This document shows positions 36,311 through 45,283 of a stretch of 59,939 nt of DNA, one piece after another. The notes beneath the pieces were generated by a model. It was not told the DNA's origin and did not search any database. It saw only the letters and a program-made list of their open reading frames with translations. The stretch is from an uncultured Actinomycetes bacterium. Its GTDB lineage: Bacteria; Actinomycetota; Actinomycetes; S36-B12; GCA-2699445. Position 1 is the first letter of the stretch; each line of letters starts with the position of its first letter. Position numbers and translations under genes: made by a program. Where the stretch lies: contig CAZVYU010000001.1 of NCBI GenBank assembly GCA_964631645.1, forward strand, positions 5,610 through 65,548. Reading direction: 5' to 3'.

Positions 36311-37138
36311 TTGGATTCCGTCGCGCTCAACAAGGTCTTTCACGACCATGAGTGCTCTTATTACGACGAACGTTTTGGCATCGTCCACGACGAGTCCAGC
36401 GCCGCTGCGGCCGAATCCGAAGTCACCACCCTCCTCGGTCGTGCTCTGCGTCCCGGCGAGATCGTCCTGGATGTCGGATGTGGGACCGGCTGGTTCGCCG
36501 CTGGTCTTCAGCGGGCCCGCCCCGATCTGACGGTCCTGGGTCTCGACCTTTCGGCAGGCATGCTCAGCAAGGCTCGCGCCGCGGGAGCCGGCGACCTGGT
36601 TCAAGGCGATGGGACGGGCTTGCCGTTCGCCGACGCCACGTTCGACGTCGTCGTCGGACGGGGCGTATTGCATCACCTGCCCGATCCGCTCTCCGCACTG
36701 ATCGAGTGGCGCCGGGTGATGCGTCCCGACGGAGCGGTGGTGCTGTCGTCGGAACCCACTCCCATCGTCGAGACCCACGGCGCCTGGTTGCTCAAGGGGC
36801 TGCTGGCGCTGCCCGGGATGCGCGGCGGGCTGCCGCCGGAGGACGAGTTCTGGGAGTTGGCCGCCATGGCTGCCAACCTGCACACCTTCACCGCCGCCGA
36901 GCTGATCGGCCTGTGCCGCGACGCCGGCTTCGGAGAGATCGAGATCGCCACGTCCGGCTTCGCTGAGACCTTGGCGATGACGGCGTCGTACGCCACCCAT
37001 GGTCACAATCCCGCGCTCGCCCGCCGGGTTCCCTGGCGTCGGATCACGTCCGCCGGAGCGCGCGCCGATGCGTGGGTCTGGGACCGGGTCCTCCCCAGCC
37101 GGTGGCGGCACACGCTCACCGGCCGACTCCAGCCCTGA
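36311..37138 (+). CDS. Class I SAM-dependent methyltransferase
   Basis: VLDVGCGTG motif I, LDLS, and ...FDVVVGRGVLHHL.... TTG 36311 is the first in-frame start; the true start is uncertain. Confidence 0.8.
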   Translation: MDSVALNKVFHDHECSYYDERFGIVHDESSAAAAESEVTTLLGRALRPGEIVLDVGCGTGWFAAGLQRARPDLTVLGLDLSAGMLSKARAAGAGDLVQGDGTGLPFADATFDVVVGRGVLHHLPDPLSALIEWRRVMRPDGAVVLSSEPTPIVETHGAWLLKGLLALPGMRGGLPPEDEFWELAAMAANLHTFTAAELIGLCRDAGFGEIEIATSGFAETLAMTASYATHGHNPALARRVPWRRITSAGARADAWVWDRVLPSRWRHTLTGRLQP

Positions 37139-37211
37139 CACTCACGCGCGTTTTTCTCGAAGTTGCTCCTTCCGGTGACCGGAGGAAGCGGGGGGGCCGT
37201 TCGGGTTGACG

Positions 37212-37278
37212 GTGGGGTATAGGGGAGTAAAGTGGGGCGCTGTGGAGCGAAATGCTCGCTCGTGGAGTGGAGGTGGGC
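37212..37278 (+). promoter_or_regulatory. Helically phased GTGG(G/A)G direct repeats: candidate MraZ operator / dcw promoter region
   Basis: GTGGGG 37212, (G)GGGAG 37222, GTGGGG 37232, GTGGAG 37242, GTGGAG 37262 and GTGGGC 37273. The first five start sites are spaced in multiples of 10 nt; the last is offset by 11. They lie immediately upstream of mraZ. Confidence 0.5.
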
Positions 37279-37281
37279 GCG

Positions 37282-37713
37282 ATGCTGCTGGGCACCCACA
37301 CCCCTCGTCTCGACGACAAGGGCCGCGTCGTCCTCCCGGCGAAGTTCCGCGAGGAGTTGGCGGACGGCATCGTCCTGACCAAAGGGCAGGACCGGTGTGT
37401 CGTCCTGTGGCCCGCGGCCGAGTTCGAGAAGTACGCTGCCCGGCTGAATGAGGCCTCGCGTGCCGACGCATCGGTCCGCTCCTACCTGCGTGTCTTGTTC
37501 TCCGGTGCGTTCGACCAGGTCCCGGACAAGCAGGGACGGATCGGACTGCCCGCCGCGCTGCGGGACTACGCCGCCCTCGACCGCGACGTGGTCATCGCCG
37601 GGAACGGGACCACCGCCGAGATCTGGGACGTCCCGGCTTGGGACGCCTACCTGGCCGTCCAGGAGCAGTCATTCTCCGAACTCGGTGAGGAGGTGGTCCC
37701 GGGACTGTTCTGA
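37282..37713 (+). CDS. mraZ: Transcriptional regulator MraZ
   Basis: MLLGTHTPRLDDKGRVVLPAKFR and a second DxxGR repeat (DKQGRIGLPAALR). GGAGGTG RBS before ATG 37282. Confidence 0.9.
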   Translation: MLLGTHTPRLDDKGRVVLPAKFREELADGIVLTKGQDRCVVLWPAAEFEKYAARLNEASRADASVRSYLRVLFSGAFDQVPDKQGRIGLPAALRDYAALDRDVVIAGNGTTAEIWDVPAWDAYLAVQEQSFSELGEEVVPGLF

Positions 37714-37776
37714 GTCGTGCTCTGAGGCCTCCGCCCGCCCCGACCGGCCGCACTTCCCCGGCGACCGGACGATGCG

Positions 37777-37831
37777 CCCTCCCAGGCCATGCACCCGATG
37801 CCCCTTCCCTGGCATCGGGACTGCGGGAGGG
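37777..37831 (+). promoter_or_regulatory. Structured element in the mraZ-rsmH spacer, candidate mraW RNA motif
   Basis: Nested helices CCCTCCC (37777-83)/GGGAGGG (37825-31) and CCCGATGCC (37794-802)/GGCATCGGG (37811-19), with loop CCTTCCCT. Actinomycetales are known to carry a conserved RNA motif upstream of mraW. Confidence 0.45.
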
Positions 37832-37882
37832 GACCTGACAGCACGGTCAGTGACGTTCCGGGACCGCCGCCAGGAGGTGGTC

Positions 37883-38854
37883 ATGACCGAGTCCGCGCAT
37901 CACGACCCCGTGTTCCTGGACCGCATCTGCGAACTCCTGGCCCCTGCTCTGGCCGACGGTGGCGTCATGATCGACGCCACCGTGGGACTGGCCGGCCACA
38001 CGACAGCCGTGCTCGAGCGGTTCCCGGGTGCTCGGGTCGTGGGGATCGACCGTGACCCCGAAGCGCTGCGACTCGCCCGTCAGCGGACCAGTGCCCATCC
38101 CGGGCGCTTCGTCGGCCATGCAGCGGTGTTCGACGACATCGAGGGTGCCCTGGCAGCGGTCGAAGCGGACACGGCCGACGCGGTCCTGTTCGACCTCGGC
38201 GTGTCCAGCCTGCAGTTGGACAGTGATCGGCGGGGGTTCGCTTACAGTCGGGACACCGTCCTGGACATGAGGATGGACGCCACGGCAGGGGTCACAGCCG
38301 CGGACGTGGTGAACGAGTACAGCACCGAGGAGTTGACGCGGGTGTTCCGGGAGTACGGCGAAGAGCGGTTCGCGCACCGTATCGCCCGTGCCGTCGTCGC
38401 TGCCCGAGGTCGGTCCCCCCTGCGTACGACCACTCAACTGGCGGAGTTGTGCGACAACGCGGTGCCCTTGGCCGGTAGGCGCAAGGGCCACCCGGCCAAA
38501 CGGGTGTTCCAGGCGTTGCGGATCGAGGTCAACGACGAACTCGGGGCCCTGCGGGTCGGCTTGGACCGGGCGGTGCGGGCCACCAAGGTCGATGGCCGGG
38601 TGGCCGTGTTGTCCTACCACTCGCTCGAGGACCGGATCGTCAAGCGTGCCTTCGCCGCGGGGATCCAGCCACCGGTCCCGCCGGGACTGCCCATCATCCC
38701 GGACACCGCTCGCCCTTTCCTGCGGCCGCTGACCCGAGGCGCAGAGAAGCCGACCGCCGCCGAGATCGCCGCCAATCCTCGGGCGGCGTCTGCCCGACTG
38801 CGGGCCGTGGAGAAGATCCAGCCGGTCATCCCCGGCTGGGAGGTGGCCGCATGA
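37883..38854 (+). CDS. rsmH: 16S rRNA (cytosine1402-N4)-methyltransferase
   Basis: HDPVFLDRICELL...IDATVGLAGHT...DLGVSSLQLD...SYHSLEDRIVK motifs. CAGGAGGTGG RBS before ATG 37883. Confidence 0.9.
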   Translation: MTESAHHDPVFLDRICELLAPALADGGVMIDATVGLAGHTTAVLERFPGARVVGIDRDPEALRLARQRTSAHPGRFVGHAAVFDDIEGALAAVEADTADAVLFDLGVSSLQLDSDRRGFAYSRDTVLDMRMDATAGVTAADVVNEYSTEELTRVFREYGEERFAHRIARAVVAARGRSPLRTTTQLAELCDNAVPLAGRRKGHPAKRVFQALRIEVNDELGALRVGLDRAVRATKVDGRVAVLSYHSLEDRIVKRAFAAGIQPPVPPGLPIIPDTARPFLRPLTRGAEKPTAAEIAANPRAASARLRAVEKIQPVIPGWEVAA

Positions 38855-39489
38855 CCACCGCAACTCCAGCCCGGCCCCACGCCGCTACCAGGATTCGGGT
38901 CCCGCGGGTCGCCCGATCCCGTCCGCGCCCGCGCGTGAGTTCGCTGCCGTTCTTGGCGCTCATCGCCGGATTGCTCGGCGCTGCGCTCATCGCGCTGCTG
39001 CTGATCAACAACAGCCTGGCGGCGGGGTCATTCGAGCAGGCGCGCCTGAAGGGCGACCAGATCCTGTTGGGGGAACAGGAGCAGGCGCTGAACCAAGAGG
39101 TCGAACGACTGTCCAGCCCGACCCGGTTGCGCGAGGCCGCGCGCCAGGCGGGCTTGGTCGCGGCCGCCACCACCGCGTACATCGACCTCACCACGGGCGA
39201 GATCCTCGGTGTGCCCAAGCCGGCGACCGCCGGCGGTGCGGCGCCTGGCTTGACCCCGGCGGAACCGCTGACGCCGGGAGCAGCGGCGCCCTCCCCGGGC
39301 GCAGCCCCCACCACCGCTCCCACCGCCCCCACAGCTCCCACCGCTCGCACGGCTCCCACCGCTCCGGCTCCGGCCGCTCCCGGTGCTGCGGCCACCACCC
39401 CGGCGCCCGACGGGTCCGACGGGGCGGCCGTCAGCCCGGGCGGGGTGACCGCCTACGACCGGGCGGTCGTCAGCGGAGGTGGCCGATGA
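38851..39489 (+). CDS. ftsL: FtsL-like cell-division protein (TM + coiled coil) with a Pro/Ala/Thr-rich tail
   Basis: Position between rsmH and ftsI. The ATGA start overlaps the rsmH stop. TM segment LPFLALIAGLLGAALIALLLI is followed by a heptad-like segment. Confidence 0.65.
   Translation: MTTATPARPHAATRIRVPRVARSRPRPRVSSLPFLALIAGLLGAALIALLLINNSLAAGSFEQARLKGDQILLGEQEQALNQEVERLSSPTRLREAARQAGLVAAATTAYIDLTTGEILGVPKPATAGGAAPGLTPAEPLTPGAAAPSPGAAPTTAPTAPTAPTARTAPTAPAPAAPGAAATTPAPDGSDGAAVSPGGVTAYDRAVVSGGGR
39313..39366 (+). repeat. Degenerate 9-nt (ACC GCT CCC; Thr-Ala-Pro) coding tandem repeat inside the ftsL-like gene
   Basis: It encodes TAPTAPTAPTARTAPTAP. Read directly from the sequence. Confidence 0.6.
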
Positions 39490-41309
39490 GTGCCCCCGCC
39501 CCGGAACGCCCCCGCGTCGTCCGTCGCTCGGGCGGTCCGCCTCCCACCAGCAAACCGTTCCGCCTGGCATCGTCCCGCCGCCGGGTCCACGTGATCGTCC
39601 TGGTGTTTGCCTTCGTGCTCACGCTTTTCGCCGCCCGGCTGGTGGAACTGCAGGCCCTGCGCGGGCCGGATCTGGCTGAAGCGGCGCTCAATCAGCGCAT
39701 CATGACCCAGGCCATCCCCGCCACCCGCGGCGAGATCACTGACGTCAACGGTCGACCGCTGGCGACGACCATCGAGGTCCGCGACATCACCACCGACCAG
39801 ACGCTGGTGACCGACCCCGCGGCGACGGCGCAGGTGCTGGGACCGATCATCGGGATGCCCGCCGCTCAACTGCAGCCGCTGCTCACCGGTGACCGTCGGT
39901 TCGTCTACCTGAAGAAGGCCACCGATCCGAGGGTCTGGCGCGCGGTGCAGGCCTGGCGCGAGGACCCGGCCAACGATCCCACCGTGCTGCAGGCGATCTT
40001 CTCGGAACGCCGCACCATCCGCGATTACCCCAACGGCCCGTTGGCGTCGAACATCATCGGCTTCACCAACGCCGAGGGACACGGGGCCGTCGGACTCGAG
40101 TCGGGCATGGACACCCTGTTGGCCGGGAAGCCGGGCAGTGTGACCTTCGAGCAGGCGGCCGGAGGGACCGAGATCCCGACGTCGGACGTGCAGCAGGTCG
40201 ACCCGGTGGCCGGCAGCAGCGTCAAGCTGACCATCGATTCCGATCTGCAGTGGGCGGCTCAGCAGGCGGTCGCCAACGAGGTCCGGGCCTCCCACTCCGA
40301 CTTCGGCACCGCCGTCGTCCTCGAGGTCGGCACCGGACGGATCCTGGCCATGGCCACGGCACCGGCGTTCGACCCCAAGAACCCCGACACGGTGAAGCCG
40401 GACCAGTGGGCCAACAAGCCCGTCACCTGGGCGATGGAGCCGGGATCCACCGCCAAACTCATGTCCCTGGCGGCCGTCCTCGATCAGGGCAAGATGAAGC
40501 CGAAGTCGCAACTGTCCGTACCCGGTGCCCTGTACCGAGGGGGACAGTGGTTCAAGGACTCCCACGAACACGGGGGGCTGCAACTGACGTTGGCGGGGGT
40601 GCTGGCGGAATCCAGCAACATCGGCACCGTGCTCGCGTCCGAGAAGATCGGCGGCAAGAAACTCTACGAGTACCTGAAGAAGTTCGGGGTCGGCGAACCC
40701 ACCGGCCTCGATCTGCCCGGAGAACAGACCGGGTACATCCCGCCGCCCGAGGAGTGGTCGGACACCACGTTCCCGACGCTGGCGTTCGGGCAGGGAATGT
40801 CGTTGACAGCGATCCAGATCGCCAACGCCGCAGCCACCATCGGTAATGACGGTGTTCCGGTCCAGCCCCGGATCGTCGACAGCGTCACCGCGCCCGACGG
40901 GACCACCGAGACCACGAGCCCGGTCGAGGGCGAACCGGTCATCAAACCCGAGACCGCGCAGACGATGCAGCGCATGATGCAGATGGTCGTGGGTGAAGGC
41001 GGGACGGCCAAGGTCGCCGAAGTACCGGGCTACCTGGTCGGCGGTAAGACCGGAACCGCCCAGCGCTACGACGAGAGTTGTGGCTGCTACAGCGGCTACA
41101 CGGCCAGTTTCATGGCGATGGCGCCTGCCGACGACCCGCAGCTGGTGGTGGGAGCCTGGTTCGACAACCCGCAGGGCAGCTACTACGGCGGTGACGTGGC
41201 CGCTCCGATCGTCCAGAAACTGATGACCACGGCCCTGGCCGCACACAACGTCCCGCCGACCGGTGGGAAGCGGGCCAACTTCCCGCTGACCTGGGGCGGC
41301 GTGTCCTGA
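39486..41309 (+). CDS. ftsI: Penicillin-binding protein (FtsI/PBP3-type transpeptidase)
   Basis: N-terminal TM segment, then SxxK (GSTAKL), SSN and KTGT motifs. ATGA overlap with ftsL. Confidence 0.9.
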   Translation: MSAPAPERPRVVRRSGGPPPTSKPFRLASSRRRVHVIVLVFAFVLTLFAARLVELQALRGPDLAEAALNQRIMTQAIPATRGEITDVNGRPLATTIEVRDITTDQTLVTDPAATAQVLGPIIGMPAAQLQPLLTGDRRFVYLKKATDPRVWRAVQAWREDPANDPTVLQAIFSERRTIRDYPNGPLASNIIGFTNAEGHGAVGLESGMDTLLAGKPGSVTFEQAAGGTEIPTSDVQQVDPVAGSSVKLTIDSDLQWAAQQAVANEVRASHSDFGTAVVLEVGTGRILAMATAPAFDPKNPDTVKPDQWANKPVTWAMEPGSTAKLMSLAAVLDQGKMKPKSQLSVPGALYRGGQWFKDSHEHGGLQLTLAGVLAESSNIGTVLASEKIGGKKLYEYLKKFGVGEPTGLDLPGEQTGYIPPPEEWSDTTFPTLAFGQGMSLTAIQIANAAATIGNDGVPVQPRIVDSVTAPDGTTETTSPVEGEPVIKPETAQTMQRMMQMVVGEGGTAKVAEVPGYLVGGKTGTAQRYDESCGCYSGYTASFMAMAPADDPQLVVGAWFDNPQGSYYGGDVAAPIVQKLMTTALAAHNVPPTGGKRANFPLTWGGVS

Positions 41310-41344
41310 CCCTCGACTCCCGGCCCCGGCCTCAACCCCGGCGG

Positions 41345-42793
41345 TTGGCGCAGGCGCCGTCCTTGGCGACGGCGGAGGTCCCGGCCGATCTCGAGATCTT
41401 CGGGGTGACGCTGGACTCGCGGGCGGTGCGCCCGGGAGATCTCTACGCCGCCTTGCCGGGTGCCACCACGCACGGCGCTCGATACGCCCAGGACGCTGTC
41501 GCCGCCGGTGCTGCCGCCGTCCTCACCGATGCGCCGGGCCGGACCCTGATCGGCGACACGTCCGTCCCGGTGGTGGTCGTCGCCGATCCGCGGGCGGTCC
41601 TGGGGGAGTTGTCCGCGTGGATCTATCACGAGCCCGCCCGCGACCTGCTGGTCGTCGGCATCACCGGGACCAACGGCAAGACGACCATGACCTACCTGCT
41701 CGCAGCGGGGTTGGCGGCCGCCGGTGACACCACCGGGATCATCGGGACCATCGGGATCCGCGTGGGCGACCGGGCGCTTCCGTCGGCTCGCACCACGCCG
41801 GAAGCTCCCGACGTCCACGCCGCCCTGGCCGTCATGGTGGAACAGGGAGTCAGCGCGGTCGTCATGGAGGTGAGCAGCCACGCACTCGTGCTGGGCCGGG
41901 TGGCGGGTTTGCAGTTCGACGTCGCGGTGTTCACCAATCTGAGCCAGGACCATCTCGACTTCCACCACGACATGGAGGACTACTTCCGCGCCAAGGCGTC
42001 CCTGTTCGAGCCGGTCCGCTGTCGACGTGCGGTGGTGTGCACCGACGACGACTGGGGCCGACGTCTGGCCGCCGCCACCACGGTCCCCACGGTCACCTAC
42101 GCCCGCGACCAAGCAGCGGACTGGGGCCTGCGGGACGTCGTCACCCGGGGCGACGGCGGCTGGTCCGGCCAAGCCGTCGGACCGGTCACCGTGCCCCTCT
42201 CCGGGCGGCTGCCCGGTGCCTTCAACCAGACGAACGCGCTGGGGGCGCTGGCCGCCGCGGTCGCCGCCGGGCGGCCCGCCGAGGCCGTCGCGCAGGGGCT
42301 CGCGGACTGCGCCGGAGTCCCGGGTCGCATGGAGCCCGTGGGTCGTGCCCAGTTCTCCGCGTTCGTTGACTACGCTCATACTCCGGACGCCGTAGCCCGC
42401 GCCATCGCCGCAGTGCGTACGTCATCCGCCGGACGGGTACTGGTCGTGCTCGGCTGCGGGGGCGACCGGGATCGGCAGAAACGGCCCCTCATGGGGTCGG
42501 TGGCTGCCCGGGGCGCCGACGTCCTGATCGTGACCGATGACAACCCGAGATCGGAGGACCCGGCGATGATCAGGCAGGCCATGCTCGTCGGAGCCCGGTC
42601 CGAACACGCGGCCACGGTGCTGGAGATTCCCGACCGGCGCGCGGCGATCCGCGAAGCCGTCGCCACCGCCGATCCGGGCGACGTGGTCCTGGTGCTGGGG
42701 AAGGGTCACGAACAGGGTCAGGAGATCGCCGGGGTCGTCGCTGCCTTCGACGACCGGGTCGAAGTGGCCCGCGCCATCAAGGACCTGGCGTGA
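41345..42793 (+). CDS. murE: UDP-N-acetylmuramoyl-L-alanyl-D-glutamate--2,6-diaminopimelate ligase
   Basis: GITGTNGKTT P-loop and a DNPR motif (VTDDNPRSEDP), which suggests the meso-DAP type. TTG 41345 is the only upstream start in frame. Confidence 0.9.
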   Translation: MAQAPSLATAEVPADLEIFGVTLDSRAVRPGDLYAALPGATTHGARYAQDAVAAGAAAVLTDAPGRTLIGDTSVPVVVVADPRAVLGELSAWIYHEPARDLLVVGITGTNGKTTMTYLLAAGLAAAGDTTGIIGTIGIRVGDRALPSARTTPEAPDVHAALAVMVEQGVSAVVMEVSSHALVLGRVAGLQFDVAVFTNLSQDHLDFHHDMEDYFRAKASLFEPVRCRRAVVCTDDDWGRRLAAATTVPTVTYARDQAADWGLRDVVTRGDGGWSGQAVGPVTVPLSGRLPGAFNQTNALGALAAAVAAGRPAEAVAQGLADCAGVPGRMEPVGRAQFSAFVDYAHTPDAVARAIAAVRTSSAGRVLVVLGCGGDRDRQKRPLMGSVAARGADVLIVTDDNPRSEDPAMIRQAMLVGARSEHAATVLEIPDRRAAIREAVATADPGDVVLVLGKGHEQGQEIAGVVAAFDDRVEVARAIKDLA

Positions 42794-44172
42794 GACCGCT
42801 CACGCTGGCCGAGGTGGCCGAGGCCGTCGGGGGCACCGTCAGCGGAGACGCCACGGTCGAGGTCCGAGGCGCGAGCGCTGACTCCCGGGCAGTGGCCGCG
42901 TCCGATCTGTTCGTGGCCATCCCGGGCGAGCGGGTGGACGGGCACGACTACATCGACCAGGCCGCCGCAGCCGGTGCGGCCGCCGCACTGAGCACTCGAC
43001 CATCGACCCTGCCCACCGTCGTCGTGACCGACCCGGTGACCGCCTTGGGGTCGCTGGCGCGGTGGCTGGTGGCGGGCCTGCCGGATCTGACGGTCGTGGC
43101 GGTGACCGGCTCGTCGGGCAAGACCTCGACCAAGGACCTGCTCGCCGCCGTCATGGCGCGGCGGGGCCCGGTAGTCGCCCCGGCCGGCTCCATGAACACC
43201 GAGGTAGGGCTGCCCCTGACCGCGCTGCGCTGCGACCGGGACACCCGCTCCCTGGTCGCCGAGATGGGGGCCCGCGGCACCGGGCACATCGCCTACCTGT
43301 GTGAACTCACCCCGCCCGACATCTCGGTCGTACTCAACGTCGGCACCGCCCACCTGGGCGAGTTCGGTTCCCGCGAGGCGATCGCTGCCGCCAAGGGCGA
43401 GATCGTGGAAGCCCTGCGGCCCGAGGGAGTCGCCATCCTGAACGCCGACGACCCACTCGTCGCCGCCATGGCGGAGCGGACCAGCGCGACTGTCCTGACT
43501 TACGGCGCGTCGGCAGGTGCCGATCTGCGTATCCAGGACCTGACGCTCGACGCGCTGGCCCGACCGTCGTTCACGCTGACCACGGCCACCGAGGCCGCCG
43601 CCGTGACCATGAAAGTGAGTGGCGAACACAGCGCCTGGAACGGCGCAGCGGCGGTGCTGGCCGGGGTCGCGGCGGGAGTGCCGCTGGCCGAGGCTGCGGC
43701 CGCACTGTCGGCCGCCGAAGCCGTCAGCCGCTGGCGGATGGAGATCACGACGACGGCCGACGGGGTCACGATCGTCAACGACGCCTACAACGCCAACCCG
43801 AGTTCGATGGCCGCGGCGCTGAAGTCGTTGGCCGAGATCGGCCGCGCCGGTTCGGGCCGTACTTGGGCCGTCCTGGGGGAGATGAAGGAGTTGGGGCCGG
43901 ACTCAGCCACCGAGCACGACCTCATCGGACGCCTGGCGGTGAGGCTCAACATCGGCCGTCTGGTGGCGGTCGGTGACGGCGCCCGGCCGCTCCACCTGGG
44001 TGCGGCCCACGAAGGGTCGTGGGACGGGGAGTCGGTGTGGGTGGCCGACAAGGACGCTGCCGTGGCGTTGCTGCGGGCCCAGGTCGTCCCCGGTGACGTC
44101 GTTCTCGTCAAGGGATCGCGCAGCGTGGGTCTGGAGTCCGTGGCCGAAGCGCTCCTGGACGGGTCGGCCTAG
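42790..44172 (+). CDS. murF: UDP-N-acetylmuramoyl-tripeptide--D-alanyl-D-alanine ligase
   Basis: VTGSSGKTSTKD P-loop. GTGA overlap with the murE stop. Confidence 0.9.
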   Translation: MRPLTLAEVAEAVGGTVSGDATVEVRGASADSRAVAASDLFVAIPGERVDGHDYIDQAAAAGAAAALSTRPSTLPTVVVTDPVTALGSLARWLVAGLPDLTVVAVTGSSGKTSTKDLLAAVMARRGPVVAPAGSMNTEVGLPLTALRCDRDTRSLVAEMGARGTGHIAYLCELTPPDISVVLNVGTAHLGEFGSREAIAAAKGEIVEALRPEGVAILNADDPLVAAMAERTSATVLTYGASAGADLRIQDLTLDALARPSFTLTTATEAAAVTMKVSGEHSAWNGAAAVLAGVAAGVPLAEAAAALSAAEAVSRWRMEITTTADGVTIVNDAYNANPSSMAAALKSLAEIGRAGSGRTWAVLGEMKELGPDSATEHDLIGRLAVRLNIGRLVAVGDGARPLHLGAAHEGSWDGESVWVADKDAAVALLRAQVVPGDVVLVKGSRSVGLESVAEALLDGSA

Positions 44173-45251
44173 TGCCCCTCATCATCCTTGCCGGCGGCAT
44201 CGCGATCGTCGTCACCCTGCTCGGCACGCCCTTGCTGATCCGTCTGCTGCAGAAGCACGGCTACAGCCAGGCCATCCGCATGTCCACCGATGACATCCAG
44301 TACCCCGAGCACACCGGCAAGGTGGGGACACCGTCCATGGGCGGGGCCGCGATGATCATCGGTATCGTCCTGGCCTACGGGATCACCCACGTGGTGTTCT
44401 GGTCATGGCCGTCGGTGTCGGGGCTGCTCGCGCTGTGGCTGGTGCTCGGACTGGGTGCCGTCGGTTTCGCCGACGACTACCTGAAGATCTTCCGGCAGCG
44501 GTCGACCGGGATCCGGGCCCGGACCAAGCTGATCGGTCAGGCCTTCGTGGCACTGACGTTCGCGGTCGCCGCCGTCAACTTTCCCGACGCCCAAGGCTAC
44601 ACCCCCGCCAGCCAGGCGATCTCTTTCGTGCGCGACACCCCATTGGTCCTCCCGATGGGCCTGTTCGTCCTGTGGGTGTGGTTCCTCATCACCGCCACGA
44701 CCAACGGGGTGAACCTGACCGACGGGCTGGATGGCCTGGCCACGGGCGCTGCGCTCGCCTCGTTCCTCGCCTACACCGTCATGACCGTGTGGCAGTTCAA
44801 CCAGTCGTGTGGCGCGACCGCGGCGGTCAACTGCTACCAGGTCCGCGACCCGCTGGACCTGACCGTCTTCGCCTCGGCCTGCGCCGGCGCCTGTTTCGGC
44901 TTCCTGTGGTGGAACACCCATCCCGCTCGCATCTTCATGGGGGACACCGGTTCCCTGGCGCTGGGCGGCGGCATCGCCGGACTGGCGATCATGAGCCGCA
45001 CCGAACTGCTGCTGGCACTGACCGGCGGCCTGTTCTTCCTCATCACGGTCTCGGTCATCATGCAGGTCGGATCGTTCAAACTGACCGGCAAACGGGTCTT
45101 CCGCATGGCTCCGCTGCACCATCACTTCGAGCTGCTCGGCTGGCCCGAGATCCTCATCGTGGTGCGGTTCTGGATCATCCAGGGGCTGTGTGCCGCTGCG
45201 GCGCTGACCCTGTTCTTCGGCGAGTGGGTGGTCCCGTGGTCCAACCAGTAG
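44172..45251 (+). CDS. mraY: Phospho-N-acetylmuramoyl-pentapeptide transferase
   Basis: ...TPSMGG...NLTDGLDGLA...FMGDTGSL...PLHHHFE... motifs. GTG 44172 overlaps the murF TAG by 1 nt. Confidence 0.9.
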   Translation: MPLIILAGGIAIVVTLLGTPLLIRLLQKHGYSQAIRMSTDDIQYPEHTGKVGTPSMGGAAMIIGIVLAYGITHVVFWSWPSVSGLLALWLVLGLGAVGFADDYLKIFRQRSTGIRARTKLIGQAFVALTFAVAAVNFPDAQGYTPASQAISFVRDTPLVLPMGLFVLWVWFLITATTNGVNLTDGLDGLATGAALASFLAYTVMTVWQFNQSCGATAAVNCYQVRDPLDLTVFASACAGACFGFLWWNTHPARIFMGDTGSLALGGGIAGLAIMSRTELLLALTGGLFFLITVSVIMQVGSFKLTGKRVFRMAPLHHHFELLGWPEILIVVRFWIIQGLCAAAALTLFFGEWVVPWSNQ

Positions 45252-45283
45252 CTCACCTGGGTCGACACGACGACTGGTCCGGG

